From NCBI GenBank assembly GCA_002104945.1, contig MCFH01000036.1, positions 124,001 to 188,000 on the forward strand: a stretch of DNA of 64,000 nt, given 5' to 3'. Source of the stretch: Piromyces finnis finn (taxonomy: Eukaryota > Fungi > Neocallimastigomycota). Made by a program: the position numbers and the translations under genes. This document shows positions 26,022-40,200 of this stretch, in pieces (positions within the stretch are counted from its first letter, which is position 1; each line of letters starts with the position of its first letter). The notes under the pieces were generated by a model, which had not been told where the DNA came from, did not search any database, and worked only from the letters and a program-made list of their open reading frames with translations.

Positions 26022-27381
26022 ACTACTATTATTTATTATTTATTCTTATTCTTATTATTTTAAATCATTAATGTACAGTATGATATAGTCTAAAATATAG
26101 TCTAATTCCATAAAAAATTAAAACTTTGCATTTTTATTTATAATGAAATATAATTAAAAAAAAAAAAAAAAAACACATAATTTTGAAGTCTTTTGATTAT
26201 TGATATAATTATTAATTGTTTAGAATATAAATATATATTTTTTTTCTTTTGGTCATATTAATTATCATCCATAAAAAGTTTAATAAAAAAAAAATTTTTT
26301 TATATAGTGTCAAAAAAAGTTTTGTTTATTATTATTTAATTTTATTTTATTTATTTATTTATTTTTTAAAAAAACTTAACAAATAAATTAGAATAGTAAA
26401 AAAAGTTATTGTCCTACTTTTCTCCCTTTTTTTTTTACAAAGTTAAATTCATATTTTATAATATTTTTTTTTTTTTTTTTTTTTTTTTAGAAAAAAACAT
26501 AAAATATCACAAGAAAATAAGAAAATAATAAATAAAAAAATAAAGAAAATAATTAATTAAAACAATTAATAATAATAATAATAAATGATTTTTATTAATA
26601 TAATAATAATATTTATATAGCAATATTATGCAATTCTATTAAACAATAATAATATTTAAATAATTTGTTTACTATATTCATTACTATTATTTTATTTTTT
26701 ATTTTATTTTTTATTATTGTTGTTCATTATTATGAATTGTTACCATTTCTTTTCTTTTTTTTTTAATTAATTAGTTTAATTAAAAATTCTTTAATTGCAT
26801 TTAAATATTAATATTTAGATAATAATAATAATAATTCATAAATATTTAATATTTAATAATAAGTATTTAATATTAAATATAAGCTCTTTTTTTTTTTTAA
26901 ATGACTAGTCCATTCTTGTTTTTTTTTTTAAAAATAACTATTTAAAATTTATTTTTAATTATTAATAACCTTTTTCATTGTCATATTTCTTTTTATTCTT
27001 ATTATTATTTTTTAATTATTGTCATGTAATGTTTCATAGTTTTTTTTTTCATATTAAGTCTTTTTCTATTAAAGATAAAAATATTTATTCATTTAATTAA
27101 TATACATTTTAATTCAATTTAATAGATAAATAAATAAATAAAAAAAAAAAGACTTTTTAAATATTTAAAATCATCATAATTTTTAAAGTCAAATTAGAAA
27201 TAATACGTAGTATTAACACATTATAATCAATATATCGATAAAAATTCATCTTAATAGAGCTTATTTTTTAATAAAACTATACGTTATAAAAAGTTAAAAT
27301 TTTAATTTTTCATTTTAATTTTAATAAAAAATTTTTATATTAAAAACTTTTTAAAAACTTTAAAAAAATTTGGTGGAGCGC

Positions 27382-27414
<33 letters not shown>

Positions 27415-29546
27415 ATGAAAATGAAAAAGTAAATAGAAAATAAAAATATGAATTGATTTTATTATGTGAGTAGGAAAAAAAAAAAAAAGAAAAAAAATTA
27501 AAATTATTTAATAATATTCATCCCTACCACCTAAATTATTAATAGTAGTAAGGATAAGGATTAAAACAATAATAATAACATAGAGCATAGAAATTATAAT
27601 CTTTGTTACTGCTATTTCTTATTACTACGACTTTATTTGAATTATGATAAGAATTATTATTTATTATAATTTTTAATTAAAGAATTGAAAATTTTAGCTT
27701 TATTATTTTTTATATTAAAAAAAAAAAAACTATTTTTATTGATAATAGTTAATATATATTTAATACCTTTTTATAAAAAAAAAATAAAAATATTGTCTGT
27801 ATCTGTCTATTTATCATAATATAAAAAAAATAACTAATTACGTTTTAAAATGTTTTTATAAAGTTTTAATTTAAAAAAAAAAAAGATTTTTTTATTGGCC
27901 AAAGTTAATCAAAATTTACCTAGTTTTAAAAATAAAACCTTTTTTTTTTTAAATATAAAACATAAAAAAGAAAAAGGTTTAATATTTTAATTATTAAACC
28001 GTTTTTTTTGAATTTTTATTTATTAAAATATATTATGATATGAAAATTAAAAAAAAAAGCTTATTTTTTTTTTAAATAAAATTATTGAGTCTTTTTTAAT
28101 AATATAATTAATATCAAATAATGATTTTTGATTTCTCTCCCATTTTTTTTTTTTTTTTTTTTAGATAGAAATGATATTAGTATGACCATTTTTTTTTTCT
28201 TTTAAACATTTTATTAATATATGTTATTTTAAAGCTAAAGAAAAGAGAAAACTAATATAAAGAAAAAAAATCTAGGATATAATAACTGAAATGATTCTTT
28301 TTTTTTTATTTTTATTTTTATTTTTTATATATATATTTTATTTCTTCTAAACACATTTTATTTAATTTCCTAAAAAAATTTTTTTATTTTGAATTTTTAA
28401 AAAAAATGTGAAAATCAGTGTTTAATGAGTTAATCTTTATTAAAAAAAGTTTTTTTCCCTTTTAAATGATGTAAAGTTTTTTTTTAATCTATAGTGAATA
28501 ATAATAAAAACTTGATTAAACTTTATAGTTAAATATATACCCTTTTTTTTTTAATAATTATAAAGTTTATTATTATTATTATTGTAATGATATTTATGAA
28601 TAGGCTATTCAATGTCTTTTTTTTTTTTAAATTAAAAAAAAATTATATTTATTAGGATTATACAGAGATTAAAAGTTTATTTAAATAACTTTTTCATATT
28701 CATTTTCATTAGTACAATTCTGCTTTTAATTTTTTTTATTTTTTTTTTTATTTCTATTTTATTTTTCATATGTCAACATAATATATAAATGTATATCATA
28801 ACAATATATACATATCAATATTTATAAATTAATTCTATTTTATTTTTTTTAAAAAAAAAACAATTCATTGAAAAAATAAAAATAGTAAAAAAAAAACTTT
28901 TCTTTCTATTAGTAATGAATTATCCCCTCTTTATATCTATATATTAATAAAATAAAGTAGTAAAGTAGTCATCTTTAATCCCTACTTCTTGTTCTATTAA
29001 TGAATTCTCTGGTACACTTTTTTGGTATCAAAAAATAAAATAGTTTGACATATTTTGCTTTTATTAATAAACATTAAACTTTTAATATTCAAATAAAAAT
29101 GATATTATAATAAATATATATTAAAAAAAAAGAACAAAATCTATTTATTTTTACTATATTAGTTTCGTTATCTATATTTATATTTATCTATCCCCCATTA
29201 TTTTCAGAGATTAAATATATATATATTTTACTAACGCTAATCCCTTGATTCATTAAAAGCATTCCAAAAAAAAGATTATATAATGATAAAAGAAAAATAA
29301 AGTCTATTATTACTTATCATTTTATCAAATTATAATCAAATTTTAGATCTGGAGAGTTGTTAAAATCAAAATTAGATTATTCTCTACAGGAATTAAAAAA
29401 TAATAAATACTTGATGGATCAATTACCTAATTCATAATTTAACATCTATACATAAATGTATATAATTTATTGTATTGTGTTGGAAAGGCTTATAATACTT
29501 TTTTTAATTATTCCTAGTTTGTATATTACATAAAATATAAAATTAA

Positions 29547-29547
<1 letters not shown>

Positions 29548-29579
<32 letters not shown>

Positions 29580-29589
29580 ATTATTATTA

Positions 29590-29641
<52 letters not shown>

Positions 29642-29643
29642 TA

Positions 29644-29694
<51 letters not shown>

Positions 29695-29753
29695 ATTTTA
29701 TTATTATTATTATTATTAATATTTTATTATTATTATTATTATTATTATTAATA

Positions 29754-29796
<43 letters not shown>

Positions 29797-29808
29797 ATTT
29801 TATTATTT
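29548..29808. repeat. Long imperfect (ATT)n microsatellite, about 260 bp
   Basis: Direct reading; recurring attaatatttt interruptions. Confidence 0.95.
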
Positions 29809-32800
29809 TTTTTTTTTGTAATTAAAAAATACTTTTTTTTTTTTTAATAATCATCGCAGAAAAAAAAAACACCCTAAAATTAGTTTGTTTATATATAATA
29901 TAGTTTTTAAAATATGAAAATATAATATCACCTATCTATTAAAACAAAATATTAATTAAAAAATTAGAGTAATTCAATTATTTATATAATAAAAGCAATG
30001 AATAATACTATGTAATACAATTAAAAAAGTAAGCCAATAAATATTTATAATATATAAATATTTACTATATTTCTTTACAAAAATTTTGATATTTTAAAGT
30101 AAATTTTTTTTTTTTTTCGATTCATCTTTTACGTTTCATTAATATTACTTTTATTTTTCATTATTGTAATGATTTTTTTTTTTTTGATATATACATTGAT
30201 GTTAATACAAATTTTATTTGAAATACCACCACCAGAATGTATTATTATCAACATTAAAAAAAAATTTATAATTAATATTATCCTTAAAGTTATTATATTA
30301 AAAATTATTCTAAAAGCTAAAAGATATGGAATAAATATAAATGAAAAGGTTTAGGATAAATTTTTTCTTTTTTTTTTAGTGATAAACCCTTTTATTTACT
30401 GGATTTAATAATGAATTTGTATTTCATACATACTATGAAATTTCATTAATTTATATTTTATTAAAAAAAAAAAAAGAATGGTGATGATGGTGTAACATGT
30501 ACCATTTTTAAAATGATTAAAAAATTGACAGTTGATACATTTTTTTATTAAAAATATTTAAATATTTAAATATTTAATTCCATTACTGTATTGATTGTTT
30601 TATAATGTATATATTTAAATTTTGAGCATTTTTTTTTTAATAAAATGTAGGACTAACCTATCATTATATGTACTACTATTACGAGCCTTAAGGAATGTTC
30701 ATTTAATAATTGAATATTTTACTTAATCCTTTAACTTTTATGCAGAAAATAAAAGTTACACTAACTAAATGGAATTAAAGTCTAATGAAACGCAGAAATC
30801 TATATTATAATTATAATACTTGTGTTCTTGGATATTCACCCAAAAAAAAAAAAAATTTTTTCAATAAGTTGTTTCATCTTCAGGGTATAAAAATAACATT
30901 CTAGGTGTACTATTGATACAACTTTTTGGGAATACTATTGATTAAGATCTACCTTACTTTATAACCAGAAAAAAAAGTATACTAGATTTTTTGCTCCTAT
31001 GTACATTTTAATAAAAAAACAAGATTGATAAAATAAATTCAATACTTTCTAGGAAAGATCTTATCTAAATTAATATATATTAAATTCATCATCTTTTTTT
31101 TTTTTTTTTTTTTTTTTTATGGTTAAATACATTCTTTATAAGCATAAAAATGTTAAATATGTTCTTTTTTTTTTTTTTAAAAAAATGATATTTAATGAGA
31201 ATAATGATGATATATATTATTTATTAAATAAATAATCAACGTAAAAAATATTTTAAAAAAATATGATTTTATCAAACATATTCGTCATCTAAATAAAATG
31301 AATTAAGACTAGCTAATTCTAGCTTAAACTACAGTAACAGTTTAAACTACAAAAATTCATTTATTAGCATGTATTGATGTTATTACTTTTATTTTGTGAT
31401 ATTTAACAAAATAATAATAATAATAACAAACTTTTATATTTTAATTATAACAATATGTTAAATCTATTGTCAATAAAATTAAATTTTATAGGATAATAGG
31501 AAATGATTATGTTGGTATTTTTAGTAGTTCATTTCAATTAGGGAATCAGTTACAACCGTTTGTATTATGTGACTTTTTATTATTTAATTGATTGTTGTAA
31601 CAACATTAATGAATTAAATGAATAATATACCACATAATAAAATGGAATATATAGTAGGATTGAATTCTATTTCAAGGCATAAGATTATGATGATATATTA
31701 AAAGAATGAGAGTAATAAATAATATGAAATATATAGAATGTTGTGAACAATGGATTTTTTTTTATTTTTTTTTATTTTATTCATTAATAATGGCAAAAGT
31801 GCCATGGAATCAATAAAAAAAATTAATAAAATCTAGTTTCAATAAATATTTTAGAAAATAAAATATTGATAAAACTATTAAATAATAAATAAAAAAAAAA
31901 CGATTAATAATAAATGCAATGCAAATATCATAAAATACCTATCTTATAAAAATTTTATATAAAAGTTTTTATTTATCACTCTACAGATATGCCATTACTA
32001 ATAAAAATTAAAAAGATTATTTAAAATATATGTTAATTATATGAAATCATACCAATAGACCTACTATAATATCATTATTCATCCATCTACCATTTCCTTT
32101 ACAATAACATGCTACCTCTAATATATAAAAAAAAAACATATTATATATAAAATATGTAGTAATGGTGGTTTACTAATGTAGTTAATTTAGCGAACCTTTT
32201 TCTTCCAACTATAATAAGACCAAATTAGTTTACGGTAGTATTTTTAAGATTAAAAAATACTATTGAGAATTTCAATAAAAGAAAGAAAAAAAAAATGCTT
32301 TATTCTTAATGTCAAATTTAATTTTAATGAAATAATATATAGTCTTTAACAGATGCTTTTTCTTAATACCTAGTATTTATCATTATTTTATATAAACTCT
32401 CTTTTATTATATATATATTTTTTTTTTACTAAAAATATCAAGTTTCATTATTTAAATATTTATAAATATATATAAAAAATTTAAAGTTTTAAAATTTTTA
32501 TATTCTATGCAAAACATTTTTTTTTACAATACAATTTTTTTTTTTGTTTTATTTTCATTATTTTAAACTAGTTAGGTATTATATAATTTCAGTAAAATTT
32601 AGAAATCCACCTAAAAAGTAATCTAAACTAACTTTTTTTTTTTTAAATAAATGAACAAATTCATTTTTATTTTATAATTTATTTTTTTTAATTATATTAC
32701 ACTATTATTCTATTATCTATACACGAAAATAAAAAACTTTTTTTTTTTTTTATTATTTTTATATTCACAATACATTTTAATTTTAATTGAAAAGTAATTA

Positions 32801-32862
32801 AAAAGTAATTAGATAATTAACATATAAATATACAGAAAAGTTTTTTTTTTTTATTCAATTTC

Positions 32863-32903
<41 letters not shown>

Positions 32904-33060
32904 TAAATGTTTTTATATATATCATTATTTTAAAGTTATAATAAGCTTTGATGCTTATATTTATTGATCTATATATTTTTTTTTTCAAATTCCACATAAA
33001 TATAAAAAGTAATTGAATTACTTTATTTTTAAAAATATAATTATTTAATGTAATGCACAA

Positions 33061-33094
<34 letters not shown>

Positions 33095-34277
33095 GAATAT
33101 TTCTTTTTTTTTTTATTATTCTTTTAGATTTTTGTGTATAATATTCATAGTAAAAATATATTTTTAAAAAGTGTCATTTATTATATTCCATTAAACTTTT
33201 GACTAAAAGAATTATAGTATTATTTATATATATAAAGTTTAAATATCCAGTTTTTTTTTTTTAATGATAATTAGTTTTTTTAATTCCATTTTCAAAATCT
33301 TATTATTAAATATATAATATTAATGATATTATTATTATTCTTTAAAATCTTAAACTTTATTATTTTAAATACTATTCAAATTTGTATAGTATTTAAAAAA
33401 AAATTACTTAAAAATCTTATTAATAATAAAACTTTATATTACGGAAACTTTATACATTATCCAATAAAGAAAAAATCGACTACAAAATAATAATTAGAAT
33501 AATAATAATAATGATAATATTTAATAATAATATTTAATGATAATAATTACTCAATCCATTTATATAAATGCCTTTTTTTTATTTTTCATTGAATTTTAAG
33601 TTTAATCATTATTATCTTTTATTTTCATCCTTATTTTAGAAAAGTTATATATATTTATATATATACTTTAAAAGTTTTTTTTTTTTTTTTAACTATTGAT
33701 TAAAATTTTATATATATAATTAAATCCTTTTAAGAATTAAATAATAAAATATATAATAATAATAATAATAATATAACAATAATAATAATAATAATAAAAC
33801 ATAAAATACTTATTTTTAAAAATTCAAAAAATCTCTATAATGATTGTTATAATGAAATTTAGTCCATCAATTTGAATAGATTTCAATAATAATAATATCA
33901 ATAATAATAAAATATGCTAAAACAAATAAAAGATGAAGCAGCTCACTGTTTTTAAAAATTATAATTATAAACAACCATTTTTCAATATTCATAATTAAAG
34001 AAAAAAAAATTATTATTAAAAAAAAAAAATAAATAACTTTGATAATAGATTTGTTCTTCATTTTTTATTTCTTGTAAATAACTAAACATATAACAATCAG
34101 TCATAAGTTGTATTATTTGTAAATAAATATTTCAAGCATTTAAATAAATATAAAAAAATTTTAAAAAAAAAAATAAAAAGAAAAAAGAAAAAAAACTCTA
34201 CCGAGGAAAAATTAATTATAATAAAATAAAAAAAAAAAAAAATACCGAAATATATATAATATATATATTATTTTAGC

Positions 34278-37200
34278 ATGGATACTAATGATGATAGTAT
34301 AAATAATATAAATAAAGATGATGAAAATATATCAAATATACTAGAACAAGTAAAGATATAAAAATATATTTATATATAATCTATTATACATTTAAATAAA
34401 CATTAAATTATCGAATTTTTACTTTTTATAATATATATATATTTATTTTTTTTCCTTACTCTTATCCCGAATAAATATTTATATTTTATATATACTCTTA
34501 TTGTAATACATATAAATCTTTTATATATAAATAAATATATTTAAATTTCAATATATACATTTATTATGGAATCATAGAATGAAGATAATTCAAAAATAAA
34601 AATAAATATATCTAATTGTAATAATGATGGTAATAGTACTGATCATCAAGAGGATAAAATATTGTTGAAACAACAATCAAATAATAGAGAACATAGTAAC
34701 ACTTTATTTAATAATAATAAAAATGGTGGTAGTTCAAGTAATATGGATGAAACTTCAATAGAAAGAGATTTTTCAAATAGTCCAAAATGTTCAGTACTTA
34801 TCGAACATAATATATTTTCAAATACAAGTAGTAAAAGTAATGTAAAGTCTAGTAATGATCATATACCACAATCTATTTTATCATGTAGTATTGTAAATAA
34901 TGGCCATTACCCAGTAATGTATGATAGTCCATTAATAGAACAATTTGAACAAAATAATTCTCAAAATAATTCTCTATTAATACTTCAAAAAGCAAATGAA
35001 AATACTAATAGTGAACAATCCATTTGTTGTTCCAATAATAGTAATAATGATAGTATATTAATAAATCAAAGTATCCAAACCCTACCAATGAACAATTTTA
35101 ATTCAAAACAAAAATCAAGTAAATATCTAAATATTTTTTAATTTTTTAATATATGTTTTATTATTATTAATATGTTTTGGTATTTCTCATATTAAAATTT
35201 CTAATATACTTTTATATCTAAACATTAATTTTTTAATTTTTATATTATAATCCTCCAAAATCAATAAAAATAATTATATATTTTTTATATAAATTCATCT
35301 TTTTTTTTTTTTTTATATAAAAAAAGATACAGGAGAAATAGCTCAACAATCTAATATAGAAACAGATTTAAATAAAAAAAGAGAATCTAAAAAGGATGTA
35401 ATAACACAATTAAAACAAACCAATCCTGAAAATTTAAGATCAGATCCAACTATTAATAACTATAATCATCAACGTAAAAAAAAAAATTCAATATTGGATC
35501 GAATTATGTCTATTTCCCATCTTAAGGAACTCAATGGTAATTAATTATTTATTTTATTTTTCTAATAAATAAATATATAAATTTTTGTTTTTTAATAGTA
35601 TTAAATATAATAAAAAATGTAATGTATCATCTAACTCAATTAAAAAAATATATTTTCCAACTTTAATAGGTCATAATTTAAAGACAAATAGCAATAATAT
35701 AATGTCTATGTCTCCAATAATGCAAGAAGTGGATTCAACTCCAAATATTCATATGAACAATCAACGAAAGCAAAAATCATATAGTACAAATTATAAAGAT
35801 TTAGGATGCTCAAAAAATAATAGATTATCAACATCAAAATATATTTATGATGAAGAAAAGTATAGATGTAGCTATTCTTTAAATAAAGAAAATAGTTATT
35901 ATAGTAATTTTGAAAATCCAGGAATAGAATTACTTGATGCTACAAGTCAAACCTTTACTCAAGTAAAAAGTAATAATAATAATAGTAATGTTAATAATAA
36001 TAATACCAATAACAACGATGGTTCCAATAATACTACTACTACTACTAATAATAATGATAATAATGGAGGAGGTGAAGATGATCATCGGTTTAGATTTGAT
36101 GCAGCATTTGCAGAAAAATTGAAAAAAGCAAAATTATTATTGAAAAAAACCCCTCAACCTCAAACAAAATCAACCATCCTTACCACAAAAGAGTATATAG
36201 ACGAATTAAAAGATAATGATGGAGATGATCTAAATATTGAACTATTCGAAAATGTAAGAAATAATAATGATGATGAGAATTTCGACTATAGTGATTCATT
36301 TATTAATAGTAGTAAAAAGAAAAAACGTATCAGTTCATCCTTGGATCAATATTTATCAAGAAATGGAAGTTATCAGAAATCAATTTATAGTAACAAGAAA
36401 CTTGTTTCGGATTATAGTATTAGTACTTATCAAAAGGAAAAAAGTAAGGATAGAAGCTTTTATCATGGAAAATTCTTTAGTACAAGTAGTCACCATATTG
36501 AAAATATTTCAAGTAGTAGTAACACAGATATGTCCACAACAAATACTAGTTCATATTCTACAACAAATACTAGTTCAAGTAGTTACAGTGGAAGTGAACA
36601 AAATATATTCCAAAATGGTAAAAATGTCTCAAGACGAATTCATGGATCGTTAAATAAAAGTGTCAGTAGTATTAGTTCTTCCAGCAGTAATAGTAGTAAT
36701 GCGAGTGAAAAAGATGGACATTTAAGAAAAATACTTAAATATTCCAAACATTCTATTAATAAAAGAAAAAATAAAAATAGGTACTCCAATATGATCACGA
36801 AAAGTTTGGATAAATTTGTTAAGGAAAAAAGTCAACAATCCATCAATTTTTCAAAAATTGATAATAATAAAGTGAAAATATCCAATAGTAGATCATTTTC
36901 AGAATTATTAAATATATCAACATTTAAAAAGAAAAGAGAAAATAAATCTTCGTCGAAAAGAGAGAGTATGATGGTAGAAAGTAATTCCAACCTAAAAAAA
37001 TCTATTATTTTTTACGAATTAGGTCATCGAAATAAAAGTGAAGAAAATCAATCCCGTAATGATGATTGTAGTAGTTTACAGAGTAAATCTAATAATAAAT
37101 TAATGGAAAGTAGTGATGAACATTTATCCAATTATAAAGTAGTTCATTCTTCCTTTATCACCACCTCACCAAATAAAGATGACGGTGAGCTACCATTTTT

Positions 37201-40200
37201 AACTGTTAAATCAAGCTACTTATCGGGAATATCCATCGATTCCGAAAATAAAAGTAACAGTACAGAAAAATTAAAAAGTTCACTCAATTATGAATCGGTG
37301 AAAAAGAAAAAACATAAAAGTCACAAGGCACATCAACATGATAATAAAACTAAGTTTGTTAATATACAAGATAATGAAGCTCTTCTTAAAAGCGGTCTTC
37401 AATACAATGATGAAGGTCAACTTACATCAAGTTTTGGAATGCCTTTACGTCGTCAAACGGTAGCAGCACTTACCGCATTTTTACATACACCATTGAAACC
37501 AAATAGTATAGAAATAGATAATGAATCGGCACAAAAATTAAACATTTTATCCGCTTCCAATCTTATCAAGGAAAAGTCAATGAAGGTGATCAACGAAGAA
37601 AATACTAATATATGTAAAACAAATGTTATCAGTGAAAATGACGAACTATTTCAATCCATTAAGGCTACCAAAATTTTAAATGATGAAGAAACAATATACC
37701 CTACTGAACCTAGAATACCAATCTCTATTTCAATGGCTGGTATTACAAATATAAAATCAGATGAATATAAAGACATTCGGTATTCCTCTCTTGATAGAAA
37801 CATAAGAAGAACATCTCTGGGAAATGTAAAAGAGGAAAAGGATAAAAAACCACATCATCATCATCATAAACACAAAAATGATAAAAAGAGAAAGAGAAGA
37901 AAGAGAAGAGGTGATCAATTTGTACCCTTATCTATGATAGAAAAAAGTAATATTAAAGATAAGATTAATATGCAAATTAATCCATTAGTTAATATTAAAA
38001 ATGTAGCCTGTTTTGGTAGAATTAATGCTAATAATGTTAGTTTTACATCACCAAAAATGGATATATTGTATTATAAACTCATTAATAAAAGGTATAATGA
38101 ATCCAGAAAAATTTGGTCTCTTTTAAACATTTTTATCATCTTGGTCAATAGTTTATTAATTTTCACTTCATCAGACTATTCCCTCAATAAAACATTAAAT
38201 ATCATACTTATTTTATCAACTGTAATTGGTGGTATATGTACTCTACTATTAGAAATGGTCTATCAGCCAAAAAAATATAAATATAATGTTAAAGATTATA
38301 TATATTTAAGTGGTCAGATATTTTTAGTCTTATGTTCGTTTTTTCCAGTCTTTTCCAATGCTCTCGATCCATTTTACGGTATTATTCTATTTTCCATTGG
38401 AGATACAACATTTAGAAATTTTAAATATTTAAAATTTAGTGTTATTTCATTGTTATTAATATTTATTATAAGAACCCTTGCTCAAGGATCTACCATATTT
38501 TCAACATTTATGCTAACCATTTTACCTTTAGCCATAACAATTATGACAATACATACTTCTAAAAAAAGGGAACTATCGTTTAAAAGAAATTTCCTTGATT
38601 TTAAGGTAAAAAAAAAAAAAAAAAAAAAAAAAGAAAAAAAAATTTTTTCTTTATGTTTACAAATTATAATATATAAAAATACTAATAAAAATTTTTTCTA
38701 AATATATATGTACTTGTAAAAAAAAAAAAAAAAAAAAAGATTGTTCAATTAGAAAAGAATAATTTAAGATTAAGAAATTTACATCAAAACAAATTATTAT
38801 TATTAAGTTTACCAGAAACTATTGTACAAAGATTACAATCAGGAATGGATGATTTTAACTCTCTATCTTGTCGTGTAGAAGATGCAAGTGTTTTATTTAT
38901 TGGTAAATATTTAGTATAATAAAATAAATACATGAAATATACATAAAAGTGTATATAATATTTATAATATTATAATATTATACTAATACACTATTATTTT
39001 TATTTTATATTAATTCCTAAATGAATAATTTTCTAAAAAATATTGAAAAATAGATTGTAAAGGTCTATTAAATATTTTATCAGCAGCTCCTCCTGATATT
39101 TTACCATCCGTCTTAACTATTTTAAATGAATATTTTGTTTGTTTAGATGTTCTAATTGAAAGTAAACCCCCACAAAAATTTTCTTATATTATATTATTTA
39201 TTTTTTCTTCATCATGAAATCTATTTATTTATTTTTTTTAAAACATATTATTTTATTTTAAAATGAAATTAGATTATAGTTCAAATGAATGTTTAACGAA
39301 AATTAAAACCATTGGTACAAAGTATTTATTAGCAGGAAATGTTTTAAAACATTCAGATAATCATTTAGATGATATGGCTACTATTGCATTACATATTTTA
39401 ACAACTTTTAATCCAGATAATTTTTTTCAAGATGTTGACTATAGAGTAGAAAAAACAAAACTTGAACTTAAAATGGGTATTGCTGTTGGACCTCTTGTTA
39501 CGGGTATTTGTGGTAGTAAAAAGTTTTTATGGGATATATGGTACATAGATTTTAAATAAAATAATAATAATATAATAATAATAATAATACTTCTTTTAAA
39601 TCAATTCTAATCCTATATATTATTATTAATATATTTTAACTTAAAATATAAAAAAAAATAATTTAAATATTATATATAATTAAAAAAAATTAGGGGTGAT
39701 ACATGTAATATGGCTAGTAGAATGCAAACAACATTAATTGGATCTGGTATCCAAGTAACAGAAGCTGTTTATGAAAGATTAAAAGATAAATTTGTTTTTT
39801 CCGATAAAATGAGTACAATTATTAAAGGTAAAGGAAAAACACCAACGTATTTACTTTTAGATGTCAAAAATGAAAATGCTCCAAATGGTAAAAGAAGAAG
39901 TCTTATCAAAAATATGGTTGAAAACAATATTCAACAAGAAAGTTCAAAATCTTCTATATCCAGTAATTTCAACAAATTTTTCATTGAAAATACAAATAAA
40001 TGCATGGCCGATGATATAATTATAGCAAATAATATTTCCAAAATGAACGTAAATGATGATGATAATAATGTTCATGGATTAACCTACGAAATTTTAAATG
40101 ATAGTGACTTTGAAGATGACAATAACTCATTGAGTAATTCATCGATAAACATTTTTGGTTTAGAGATGGGTAATAGATCCCTATCCTGTCAAAATAAAAA

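Noticed and set aside
12050-33210. Recurrent TAGTCA/TGACTA (bZIP-like) hexamers
   Set aside because: A rough expectation from base composition is similar to the number seen, so enrichment is not supported without a proper test.
30169-34061. Short ORFs 30169-30354, 32851-33060 and 33867-34061 (likewise 6668-6886, 12256-12480, 15117-15353, 17220-17417, 49550-49732 and 51852-52076)
   Set aside because: F/I/K/Y-rich products of homopolymer DNA with no splice-consistent context or motifs.
13575-34277. tRNA, rRNA or snRNA genes in the desert
   Set aside because: No T-loop GTTCRA in a cloverleaf context or other recognisable signature was seen by eye; a tRNAscan/Infernal run is still advisable.
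35585-35669. ORF-track start of the 1038-aa ORF and its poly-Lys end (38606-38701)
   Set aside because: Both are intron read-through; phase analysis places exon 4 at 35670-38605.
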